From: Gnetum montanum
Lineage: Eukaryota; Plantae; Gnetophyta
Direction of reading: 5' to 3'
DNA: 64,000 bases
Assembly (NCBI GenBank): GCA_015680685.1
Contig: MNCI01002045.1
Location: forward strand, 573,172-637,171
Positions 38,824 through 51,530 of this stretch are shown piece after piece. The position numbers were made by a program, and so were the translations under genes. The notes under the pieces were generated by a model. The model had not been told where the DNA came from and ran no database searches. It saw only the letters and a program-made list of their open reading frames with translations. How positions within the stretch are numbered: the stretch's first letter is position 1; each line of letters starts with the position of its first letter.

Positions 38824-41800
38824 ATGACCAACATGACATATGGTTAGGATGGATTGAGGATATATGATCCAAGAGACCTCACTTTGGCTAAGTGTAGATA
38901 GTCACTTAGGCAAAGAGGACAAATCCCAAACTTTGCTATACTCAATGAAGAGCACTACAACTACATTTGTGCTAAAATCCAATCTAGATTAATTCTCCCA
39001 TGTCCAGAGGTTGAAGCCAAACATGAATACGAGTTAATCCATCATAATGGGAAAGAGTATATACCCTCTCCCTATGAAAAAATATTACTTATTAATGTGC
39101 ATGCATGCATAATTTCTCAATTAATTGAGATAGACAAATGGAGTGAAAAGTTGATTTTAGAGGGCTAGCATGAAGAACATAATGAGTTTGAGGTAGAGCT
39201 TGAATTAGAAACCTTCATATGGAACCTATTCCAAAAAATGGCCTCTGACACCGCCATAAACACTTTAGCCTTGCCTATTTCTTCCATGGGATAGGTATCT
39301 CAACCATCATTTCTTGTATATCCCATGATGTTTGGGACTACACTAGTTGTGGTAATACACCAAGCATAACCTATGCTTCAAACGACCTCTCTTTTTTCTT
39401 TCATGTCTTTTGCCATGTAGCCTCAGTCTACACAATTATTACTAATGAATCTCACCATTGATCATCCCTTTTCTACACTAGTGGATCCCATAGTGATGCC
39501 ATAAGTGACTTAGGGAACACAAACTCTATTTTTCCCTTTTGTGCCTTAAGCGTTGGCACAAGCATCATCTTCATTATTTAGCCCATCCATGATCACCATA
39601 ACCTAGTCTCTCCCCTCTTTACCATAGTCCATAGTAAGGACATAGGTCTCTTAATAAATTCCTCAACCATTCAATCAAACATCATAGCTTGCAGGAATTC
39701 CCTAAGGGTTAGCTCAAGCAATTTAGATGATCCAAGACTTAATAGAAGAGTTTCAGAAGCTCAAGGCTTGCACAATTGAAACTGTAAAAATAATGGATTT
39801 CTACTAGGATGATCCCATTATTCCTTTATTCCCACCAATAACTCTTCCATCAAGCATCCCCATTCTACATTTCATCAAGTACAATAGTGAAGGCAACTTG
39901 AATGCCCACCTTATAACCTTTCATTCTGAGTGGCTACTACTATAAGCGTGGTTACATATCATAATGTAGATTTTCCCTATATCCCTTATTAGGAAATCCT
40001 TGGATTGGTATTGTGCACTACTGAGAGGATCCATATCCTCACTAGAAGACTTAATTTCATAGTTTGTTAACCATTTCAAGTACAACTTGAAACCTGACAT
40101 GACTCTTGACTAATTAATGAAGGTCAAGTAGAGATTCCTTGAGCCCATATAGAAATTCATACAATGATGGAATTATCTTCTTAACAATATTGTAGAATCA
40201 ATGGCTGAGACCCACCTTGTTATATTCAAGGGGATGATTAAAAACTTTGTTAAGTCAAAACTATATTACCTAGGACCATAAGCACTCAAGCAAGCCTTTT
40301 CCCAAATAAAGAACATAGAGGACATAGCAAAGGCTAGCCATGAACTTACCTATGTGGCATATAAAAACCAGTAAACCTAGAAAGATAAGAAGAAGGGGAG
40401 GCAAAACAACACAACTATGGCCACAATGGCCAAAGACAATGAGACAATTGCACAAGGGCCTAAGAAAATTCAGCCCAAGTCCCCTACTAACAAGAATCAA
40501 CCTTCAACTTCTGGTACCTCTACATCAACTACCATGAGGGCCAAATTTAAGCAAAGAGACAGATCAAAGTATACTATGTTACCACTAAAACCATTAGAAC
40601 TCCTTGATTAACTATTGAAGAGTGGAAGAATACAATACAAACAAATTATCAAAAATGCTTGCTAGAGGCATGGTTGACTCTACAAGATAGCCAAAGATTC
40701 CACTCTTGCAATCAAGAATGATCCCTTGGTGCTTAAATACTTCAAAATTTACCATTTCTGCCACTACGATCAAGTGCCAAGTTATGAAACTAACTTTTTC
40801 CTAGCACTTAAGGATGACCTGCAGAAGGTGATAGATAAGGATGAATTAGTCCTCGATGCTTCAAACCTAGTTAAACCGTAAAACCAATCCATGCAAGCCT
40901 ACTAGGACCCATTGAATACCAAAAATAGCCCATATAATATAGTGGCATTCAATGTGACTAACAACACTAGACCTACACCAAATCCATTCATGATACAGGT
41001 ACCTCCTCACAATGACAGGGGTCCTTCACCTTTGACTAGCTCAAGGTCCCATTTTGTTGTAAGGGTATCATTACCTATGCCTCCTAGGGATTCTTTTATG
41101 ATCAAGGTGCCCCCTTTTGTTGAAGCTAAAACTAAACCTACCCATACAATTGAAAAATGTCCTCCCATAGTGGCCAATGCAATAGCTTCTTCACAACCAA
41201 CCAATAACAACAAAAAATCCTTAAGAAAAAAACACAAAAAACCTATGCTAAAGCCCAAGAACAATGACAAAAAATTGGATAAGGCATGAAAGGAAGTGGA
41301 TCCACTAAAGTAAACTCCCATCTCATCTATTCCAATGAGTTCCATTGCCTAGGCTACCTCAACTGGTCAACCATGGGAGGATCCCAAGATGCAAGGGAAG
41401 GGAAAAGAAGTCAAGTAACCATTGAAGCATGAAGTTTACATTTTGAAGCATATGGAGGAAGTCAAGAATAGTAAAAATGAGAATCCTACAACCAATGACA
41501 TGGACTTTCTCATTGAAATGGAATAGGTTAAGTAGTTGCTAAAGAAAAAGAATACCTCCCTTAGCCTGTATGAGCTTATGATGACTTCTACAGTGCATCA
41601 CAAAGCATTGGTCAAGATGTTGATTGCTATTCCTGTTAGTGAGGATATCCTTGATAGTGACGAGTCCATACATGCAGTGATGGTGCCACCTTCATCAAAG
41701 GATGAAATGAGGTTGATCACATTAACATTTCATGATAGAAAAGTCAAGACCAATCCCCAAGATTTTGACACAACCAAGGCTTTCCTCTTTATAACCATCA

Positions 41801-42417
41801 TGGTGGGACAATATAAAGTGCATGTTGACAATGGAGCTGCAACGAATGTAATATTGTATACCATCATAGAATGTCTTGGCCTAACTAAACAAATGTAACA
41901 TACCTCAACAACCCCTCTTAAGTCCTTCAACGGATCTCAAGTGGCCATAAAAGGCTTCATTTCTTTAGACTTTATGGTAGGGGAATAATTCCCAACAATG
42001 GGCAATTTCTTGGTAATGGAACAGACACTAGGGTTCAGCCTTATCATGGGAAGATCTTGGATAGCTTAATTATGAGCTATTTCCTTACCAATCCATCAAG
42101 AAATTCAACTATCTTATAAGGAAGGTGAGATAATTATCCATGACAATAATGTGGTTTCCTTGGTAGTCAACAACATTGACATCAAACAAGGATTCAAAGT
42201 GGATTTTTAGGAAGAAACTTATACTATTATCCACAAAGTCAAGAATCCCAATGGAGCACAAGAGGTCAAAACTTAAAACAATGGACCCATGGATGCACCA
42301 TGAAAAGAACTCCCCTTCAACATAGTTAGTAAAGGAAATGGGGAATACCAAATTTTGCAAAGTATTCCATATGCATTTCCTAATCTCTCAAAAATTAGAA
42401 AACATTTGAAAAATTGA
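38824..42417 (+). pseudogene. gag: gag-protease of B, decayed
   Basis: HFIKYNSEG, GKSLDWYCAL, FKYNLKP, FCHYDQVPSYETNF, VHVDNGAATNVI, FSLIMGRSWI; ends TGA at 42415-42417. Confidence 0.92.
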
Positions 42418-42687
42418 TGTATCTTATCCAATTTTCTCACCCTTGCACCTACAACCATGTAACCTATTTTTTCTATAACCTTCTTAGCCTAGTTGAAACA
42501 TGTTTCTTGTATGCATTATTTTTTTACTTTTTTTTTTACTTTGTTTTAACCTTTACTTTGCACATAGCCTATGGTTTACTCTTGTTTAAAAATTTCTTTT
42601 TCAACATAGATAAAAAATTTAAAACTTGAAAAACTCATAAAAATTTTAAAAAACATAAAAAATGATAAAAAATTTTCTTTAAATCAT

Positions 42688-42945
42688 ATGGCCCACCATG
42701 GCCTAAGATTGACAAATCACAAAACATCGTATGACTTGCCATGGACTAAAACTAGTAAGACATTACATGGCCCATCATGGACTAAAACTGACAAAACAAC
42801 ACATGGCCCATTGTGGCCTAAAATTGGCAAAACATTGCATAGCCCATCATGGCCAAAAATTGGAAAAACATTGCACAACCCACCATGGCTTAAAGCATGG
42901 AAAACATCCCATGGTCCACCATTGCCTAAAAGTGACAAAACTCTT
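42688..42945 (+). repeat. 33-bp tandem repeat (~8 copies) downstream of the gag-PR stop
   Basis: Unit ~CATGGCCCATCATGGACTAAAACTGACAAAACA(TTG); produces the periodic shadow ORFs (HGPSWTKTDKT). Confidence 0.92.
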
Positions 42946-43255
42946 ATGACCATTACAACCTAGTTTATATTATGGTAGTTTTCATAGTTAACCAATGTAG
43001 CCTATGACATAAATGAAAAACATAAATATTAAACATATGTTAAAACATAAAACATTAAAACATTTAAATGAAATTAAAACTTAAAAAGAATAATATTCTA
43101 AATGTTTGTCACATAGCATGACAAAAGTCTAAACATTACATGAAACAATAAATTGTCTATCAATTGATCAAATTGCTAACACTAGCTAATACCTCACAAT
43201 AATGTCATCAACTAAAATTGTAGAGATAACTATAGGGAATGACCAATAGATGGTA

Positions 43256-46173
43256 CTAAGGAGCTATTGGAGTGGACTGAGGAGCACTTCCATCTTCACC
43301 AGTGGGGTCATTGGCATCACCTAGTACCTATACCATAACAAAAACAAGAGTTTAACCAATAATTAACAAAGTATAAAACCAAATTATAAACTAAATCAAC
43401 TTAAACCAAAATATGCTAAAAAAAATAAAAGGAGAAAACCTAGGAGGGCTCGGGTATAACATCTTTTGGTGGGAGATTTAGAAGACTAACCTCCAAACTA
43501 TGGAGGATTTGTTCCTTAGTCAATTAGGCTCAATCCACCTCCCTAAGATTGATACCTATCAAGATGTTGCTATCATTGTTATCAATCCATGTATGTGGCT
43601 CCCATGAAAATGTCATAGTAGTCACCTCCCTAGAAGTGGTAGAGACCTAAGGGCATGGGGAATTAACCACAGTTAGAGTACATTTAAATAATTTGAAGAC
43701 ATTCTCCATCTGAATCCATTTCACAAACAGCTTGAACTTGCACCATTTAGTGGGCTTCTCTTTTAACCACTTAAGATAGGCTTCATGTTTAGCCTTGTAC
43801 TTCTTATTGTGGTCTTTCTATTCTTGGCCACAATGACGAACCTAGGCACAAGAGTTTCTCCACTTCCTAGCCTTGTGTGCCAACAAGTTCATTTGGATCT
43901 TTTGCTATACAACCTCTTGGGCAAGGGAAACCTTGTCATGGATGGCATTCTAGTACCATGCCCTTTGAATCTCTTTAGTTCACAAGAAACTCTTGTTGGT
44001 CACTTGGGCCTCCATAAATTCCTTACAATCTTTGAGACCCTAGTTAGCCTCAACCAAGTTTTTTTTTCTCATTCCAATGCTAAAACTCATTTCCATAGGA
44101 ACTTATTGGAATGTTGAACTTCCCATGAAGTTTTGATGCATGAAAATACATAATTAGTAGTACATTTTTGACATCTGAGGGTATGTTGGGCAAGGCATTA
44201 ATCTCAATGGGATGGTTGGGATTCCATCGAAGCTTAGGTGCTGAAACAAAACATAATAAAACATATGAAAAAAATAATAAGTAATTGAATAACCAAGAAA
44301 CAAAAATTGATAAAATGATCAAAACAATACAATCATAAAACTAAAAACTTAGAGTTTAAGATGAACTACGCTCTTACCAACATTGGGAGCAACCTATTGC
44401 AACCAATCAATCATGTTCTCAACCATCCCCTGCATGAAGTCCCTCTTATTAAAAGTGTTCAGCCATGGCGTCATGTGGAATGTGGAGGTTGAGGCAGTGA
44501 GCTGAGGCTTAGTAGCTAAGGCAAGCATAACAAGCAATAAAAAATTAAGACAAAGCTTAAACCAAAATAACAAAAGAACTTAAGCATATGAAACCAAAGG
44601 CATAAATACTCCAAGCATCATCTTGGATGATGATAGGAGGTTCACCTAGCTATGAGGATTGAATATAGCATCAAAGTCATCTAATGGGACATTGGAGAAC
44701 CCCTCATCCTCATAGCACTATAGGAGCTCATCCTCTAGGCATTTTTGCTCTACCTTCGCTACTGGTACTTGGGTCACAAACTCTTACTGCTTACCTATAA
44801 GAACAATAAGAGAAAAATGAAATATAACTTAGCATGTCTTTCCTAAAACAAAATAGCTATATAGCCTTATAACAAATAATAATAATAATGTAAAAAAACT
44901 AAAAAATAAAAGAAACTAAAACATACTTATAATCATATCGCATACTTGGCTAAGTCTAACCACGAACCTCCTCTTGGAGGGTTGCTCAATCACTAGTGTT
45001 GCCTTCTCAATCATGGACCTCTTTAGTTTGGATCTAGCCAAATCATTAGCTTTAGCTTGTAATGTCATGGCTTGATCAATGTTCCCATGCTCAACCTAGG
45101 GTTGAATCCCCATGCTATTAGGGGAAGCAAAATGCCTACCACTAAGTTCCTTAGTGGTAATAGACATTGACTCCTCGACATCCTCTGGTTGGTTGTAAGC
45201 ATGTATAGTATGAAAAACATGTTTAACCCATGGCTTGGAGAGTTGGGATGGATCTTGTCTTACCCATTTTACATCCTCTTTATCACCAAGAACTCCAAAA
45301 AACTCCTTAGATATGCCCCAAAGAATGCATAATGCATGTGGAATTTTGTTGTGAGGTTGTCATGGAGTTTGAGGATCTCATTGCATAGACTAGAAGCCAA
45401 ATGATCAACCTAGTTGAATCGAGCACCCTTCAAAAGGACCTCCTTCATGGTCCATTCCTATTCAATGCCCATTATATTGCCGTATGATAGAAACTTGGGA
45501 AACCCCTAGGATTGGAATAGGGGATATACTTCTCTAGACTCTTCAACCCAGAATTGGTTAGGAGACAATCCCTTTTGATCACGGTAACTACCCAACCACT
45601 CTTTCACCTTTTGGGTGCTTCACTTCTTTACCTACCTCAATGAAAATTTTTAGGCCTTCACAAGGAATGCCAAAGAGGTCACTAAAGGTGGATTCATTGA
45701 TGGCTAGGGTGATAGGCATACCATGAACTTGGGTGATGAACATCTTCACTTCTTTGTTAAAGGAGTTAATGATGTTCACCATCTTGGGCGTAGGGATAGT
45801 GGGGCTAGGGGCCATGAAGAGATCAAGAAAACCTAGATCAATAATGTTTTCTTGAATTTTTTTGAGCATCCTACTAGCCAACCACTATTGCACTGAACCC
45901 ACCTCACCATACTTGAGGATCAAAGTCTTCTCAAAGCATCCTAAAATGACCAGCATGATGGTAAAGGAGGTGCTAGCACCTATAGTACAACAAAAGACCA
46001 ATTAGCTTAAGCACATCAAACCAAAATATAGCAAGCATGATCAAATGAAAACCAAATTTATAACTAGTTAAAACCAAGTTTATAGCTAATTAAAGCCAAT
46101 AAAACCTTTTGAACACTTAGAGCCTAAGTAACATACAATCGTATAACCATGAAAACATTGACATGAAAATAAC

Positions 46174-46209
<36 letters not shown>

Positions 46210-47023
46210 TCTTTATCTTTCTTGCATGGGGGCCTCAACGGGTATGAAAGTAAGGTCTAACTTGTCCCACCAACCATACATTGTCCCATTACCTACACAC
46301 CATTGGTAGGCATTGGAGTAATGTGTAGTGTACCTGCCTAGGTTACCTCTTATTTTTTCCACCACCGGAAGCCTCACTATGGGTCTTTTGGCAAAAACCT
46401 TCAATGTTGTTAGAGCCAAGGGTAGGAGTTGATCACTTTTGATGAACCTCTTGTCATCCACCCTATACTTGTAAACATACCCATTCAAGCAAGAAAAACG
46501 TTACAACTAAATAGCCTAATAAAACAATAATGAAAATAGCCAAAAAATGAAAAATTAAAGATAGGCTTACCCTTCCACATGGTAAATAGTACTAGGAGGA
46601 TTCTAAAATAGCATGTGGGCCCAATGACGAACTAGCAAAGTGTTGTTGGCATTATAAAAGTTAATCTTAGGAATGTTCCTAATCTTGAACAACTTATGAG
46701 TATATCTTATATAAGTGCCATCAAGAACTTCACCCTTTGCACACATTTTAGGATCACCTTCTAGGAACTTGAAGATAAAGCTAGATGATTGGGGTAACAG
46801 AGTTTTCACAATGATAACAACCATGCAAGATGACAAGTGTGACCATACCATCACACTGAAATTTTGCAACACGTAGGCCAAGAACGCTTTTGCTCTAGGC
46901 TTGAGCCACAATGAGCCACACTTCAACATCATGTATGGAAGTTGAGTGTGGGGCCTTGGTGCATGGATGTAGCAGAGTAGCCCCACCAACTTAATGACCA
47001 CTAATATGGGTTTGAGAAAGACC
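43256..47023 (-). pseudogene. Antisense spliced accessory gene of B: FCP1/SCP(NIF)-like HAD fold + PMD/Transposase_32-like domain + coiled coil
   Basis: At least 7 exons: 47023-46571, ~46490-46217, 45979-44927, 44794-44609, 44515-44378, 44240-43440 and 43327-43256 (TAG). Introns are short, T-rich and mostly GT-AG, at positions equivalent to the copy at 1-2812. Confidence 0.82.
46170..46209. repeat. (AAT)n microsatellite inside an intron of the antisense gene
   Basis: aataataataat... directly visible. Confidence 0.9.
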
Positions 47024-49190
47024 CTGCACGCAACAACAATAACCATCAAAACCATAAGTAATCATAAATAATATAAAAAAATGTTAAATAGAAAAAATTA
47101 CATAAACTTTAATTTTAATTTTTCCATTCCAAATAGATAACCAAAACCATAGTTTCAACACTTAGAACCAAAACCAAAACTAGGAACAACTAAAATCCAT
47201 AAACAACCAAGTGGCCTACTAACAACTAATTGTAGTTTTCATTATAAGATATGCATAAAAGTGTAAAATTAATTTATGTAGAAATATCAGGTACATGAAA
47301 ATTATCTTGAACCTACAACAATAATCACCAACAGTAAATTTTGAAAAATTTTACTAGACATCCTAGTTAATGGTGAAATTAGCCATAGCAAAAACTCTAG
47401 GAGGGATAGTCAAAATTCTCTAAAAATCAAATGACTATTGAGAACCAAAAACTAACATGTAAATGACTTTTTGAATCTTTGAACATAGCTAAAAAATACA
47501 ACATCAACACCAATGCTACCTGTACAAATAGGGAGGTTTGTAGTTTTCATGGCCAAAACTATAACTATATAGAATAGTTTACACATGAATGAAAATGACA
47601 GAGTGGAACTAAATTTTTTTTCCTAAGGCTAGAAATTGTGTGGCCATTAAAATTAAATGGAATTTAGCATCTAAATTGTAGTTCCAATGTGAAATTTAAA
47701 ACATAAACCAAAGCCTTAACAACATTCAACAAAAATTGTACAACAACCAAAAGTTGTAGAAAATGGCTATAGTAGAGGATTGATAAAAATTATCATAAAA
47801 TTCTTAAAACTTGTGAAACCACTTCCAAACCTTCCCTAACATCCCAAAGTATTTCTAGGAACTTGGGATGTTGGCTGGAAAAATTTTCTAAGGTGCCAAT
47901 GCTGCACATCTTCACAGGGGTAAACCGTAAAAGCCAAAAAAGAAAAAACCACACTTTAAACTAGTTAATAAAAAGAATTTATCAAAAATCAAATATGTAA
48001 CTAAATTAATTAATTCCATAGCTATTGGAATGCTTAAACAACAAAATAAATACCCACATTAGAAACCATAAAAATTCCTAATCGTTTTTGTAGAAAATAA
48101 TGCAAAAGTAACATAAACTAAACCATAATAGCAAAACCCCACTTTGTGTGAGTTTATGAAAAAAATTTGTCAAAAATTAACCACATTGAAATTCAATGAT
48201 TCCATATCCAATAAAATTATTAAAAAAATAAATACAAAAAAAAAATATGAAAACCAAAAAACTGAACCATTTTTACACAAAAGAATACCAAAGTACCATG
48301 AAAAATGGCCAAAAATTGAGAACCCACTATACATTGTCTTATGGAAAAATTTGTACAAATTCAACCATAATTTAGAATCAAATGGTTTAAAACTACAATT
48401 GACCATTAAACATAGTACTAAAACCGTATGGCCATAAAAACTAAAATTTCTAAACCATTTGAGCACAAAAAATGACAAAATTTGTGTTTCTTTTTTGTCC
48501 AAAACACAAGAAAAATCCATAGAATTAACTGAAACACGTTTTTCAACACTAAAATCCCATAGAAATAGCTACAACTAACATAGGAATCTATTAAACCTCA
48601 ATTACAGCCAACACAAAAGATTGCACAAGCAAAAATGCTTAGGATTCTAGCAAAATTTCTTAAGAGAAGACTATAATTTATGTACTTGGGAGTCATAGCA
48701 ATGGAGTTTATAGCAATTACTAGTTGTGAGAGGTGAGAGAGGCCCTATGTAGCTACACCCACATCCTCTAGGGTTGGATTCCTACTAGTGGAATCCTTGA
48801 GCTACTAAAGCCTCCTACAACAACTGCACCCACTCCTTGGGGTAGAAAGGTTGGTCTAAGCTGGGGATGCATGTAAGAGAAGTTAGGATAAAATTAGAGT
48901 TCTAGTGCTAGGTTTTGATTCTTGGAAGTGATGAGAAGATAATGATTTGTGTAAAATTGTGTTTTGGAAATCACTTCCAAGCTTATGCACCTACCTTAAA
49001 AACCCTGGTTTCTCACAACATCCATCTAAGTCTCACTGAGCTCAATGATCACAATTGGAAGGTGGGACTACGTTAGGTGAGTGGGAAACTAATGCATGAA
49101 AAAATTCAAAATTAAGATGGACCCCACTAGACACCTATGTATTAAGCCAATGGAAATCCTAACACACTTGGATTTTTAGCTTTCCATAGT

Positions 49191-51530
49191 GACTATGCTA
49201 GGGTTCAAGCATCTAGAAGCCTTAAAATGGATTTGAAAATTCAAATAATGTCAAAAAGCACCTCACAACCACCCATCCATGTCATGAAATGTTATGTCCA
49301 AAATGGGAAACCAAGTGTTGACACTGATGGAAACTGGGCAACAAGGAAGGCCAAAACCCATACCAAAACTTGCTATTTTGGATAACTACATTGACTAGTA
49401 GCCTAACTACATTCGCTAGCATAGTCACAAGTGGGAGGATGTTTCAAAACATCAACCAAACTTCCAACTAACTTAAAAATTTCCAAATAATGCACCAAAC
49501 CTTAATTAGAACCTCCAATAGCTCTAAAATTCCATGAAACTAGTCAAAAATCCAACAAATCCATTTTCATTGCATGGACTATACTAGGAAGGCCTCAACT
49601 ACATTGGCTAGTGTAGTTCCAAAATAGTTGGGAGAGGATGAACACCAAAAAACCAAATATAAACTTCAAATTAACATATTTTAGCTTTTACATCACCCTA
49701 GAACCTTTGGTAGCCTTGAAATAGCAAACAATTGATCTAAAACAAGTTAAATTCCATTCCACACTTTAGACTACACTAGGGGTGACCTTGACTATGCTGG
49801 CCAACATATTTGTAGTGTAGTTGGATCAAGGTGGATTACCAAAAGTAAGTAACAACCTCTAAATTGCCATATTTTTACCCTAAAACTCCTTTGGAACCTC
49901 CAGTGATCTTGGACTGATAAATTGTGAGAAGAAAGAAGACTAAATTCCATTTTCATTTTGTGACTACATTAAGGAGGCTTAGGACTACATTGTCCAAAGT
50001 AGTCACACTCCTAAAACATAAAATGGCTTACCAACATGCCAATTTAACTTTCAAAAGCATCATATCAAATCAAAAATTTTACTAAAGACTTCAGAGACCT
50101 GTGAACCTTGCAACCTTGGTCAAAAATGGTCAAAACCCATCATACACCTCACATCCATACTATGACTATGCTAGATAGTGTAGCCTAGTTGTTTATAACC
50201 ATTTTTACATCAAAATAGTCATCAAAACTAATAATTTAAGGCCTCATATGCTAGTTTCAAACACTAGTGATCCTAGAACTCAAAAATGCAGTGAACCAAT
50301 CATAGAATTATACCAAAATTCAATGTTCATGTTGTGACTATGTTGAAGGGGGTTTGAATTACACTAGCCAGTGTTTTCCTAGTGTAGTCATGGTCTAGGA
50401 TTGATTGAACTAGTGAGTTGACATCCAAAACAATCCAAAACCTTACTTGGAAACCCAGAATCCAGTTTGGCCTTACCTAGTTGCAAATTCATCTTGTTTT
50501 AACCCTAGAAATGTTAGATTCACTCCATCTACATTGAGGCTAGGCTCAACTATGTTGGCCTACATAGTGAAAATGGAAAATCATTATCTGAAAGCCTAAA
50601 CAACCTTTAGAATTAGCTATCCTAAGCCAAAACCTTGGCCAGAGACATCGGTAACCCTAGGGATCGAACTACTATGTTGATTAACTATAGAAATCCACCA
50701 AAATCTAGATTCCAAACTTGACTACATTGGAATATGCCATGACTATGCTCGTCAATGTAGTTCTAATGAAGTCATGGTTGGAAATTAATGCAATTGGTAT
50801 CATGACATCCCAAATGGCCTAAACGTTAACATAAGACACCTAGAATATCGATTGACATTTCCTAGTGGAAATTTCACCTTGTTTCAATCATGGAAATGTC
50901 AAATTTCATGTGAATATGCTGAGGTAGACCTGTGACCATGCTAGCCAATATAGTCCTTGCCCCAAGTTGGTTTAACTAGCATAATAGCACTTAGAATGGT
51001 CAAAAACTTGATTCTAGAAGATTAGAACCTTGAAATCTTGGAGCTAGCTATAGTTTGACCTTGTTCAATCATGAAAAATTTAAATTTTAGTTCACCTATT
51101 TTGGAGAAATCCACAAATATCCTAGCCAGTGTAGTCATGAGTTGTAGGTGCTAAAACTTCACTTCAATAGCTTGTTTTGACTTCCAAATGGCCTATTCAG
51201 CCCTTCGAAGATCCTATGCTACCCTAGGAAGATGATAGAACACTGTTATCTACTTTGAAACCCCATAAATTCATTTCTCACATGCATCTATACTAGGGGA
51301 ATCTTGACTATGTTGGTCAACATAGTTTCAGTAGAGTCACTAGTATTGGCATCATTTCTAGCTTTTGGAGGGTGAAAACGAAATCAAAATACATCAACTT
51401 TCAAACCTAGTGCATAGTGCTAATCATACAAATCATCAGGAATCCAAAAATGGTCACAAAAAACTTAGGAAACCATCTACTACCACCAACTATGCTGGAG
51501 CATGATCTTACTATGTTGGCCAACATAGTC
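49191..51530 (+). repeat. Diverged ~191-bp tandem array with conserved 22-bp palindromic cores
   Basis: Cores at 49405, 49597, 49790, 49983, 50164, 50357, 50548, 50741, 50934, 51115, 51306 and 51509; inferred ancestral GACTACGCTGGCCAGCGTAGTC. Confidence 0.85.

Noticed and set aside
42688-42963. Repetitive His/Trp/Lys peptide ORFs on both strands
   Set aside because: By-product of a 33-bp (multiple of 3) tandem repeat; no independent coding evidence.
43256-47023. Interpretation as a host gene into which TEs inserted
   Set aside because: It lies wholly inside TSD-bounded element B and recurs in the same position relative to pol in A, so it travels with the element.
49191-51530. CRISPR-like appearance (palindromic repeats with spacers)
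   Set aside because: Spacers are ~170 bp and related to one another, there are no cas genes, and the context is a eukaryotic retrotransposon. It is a diverged tandem repeat.
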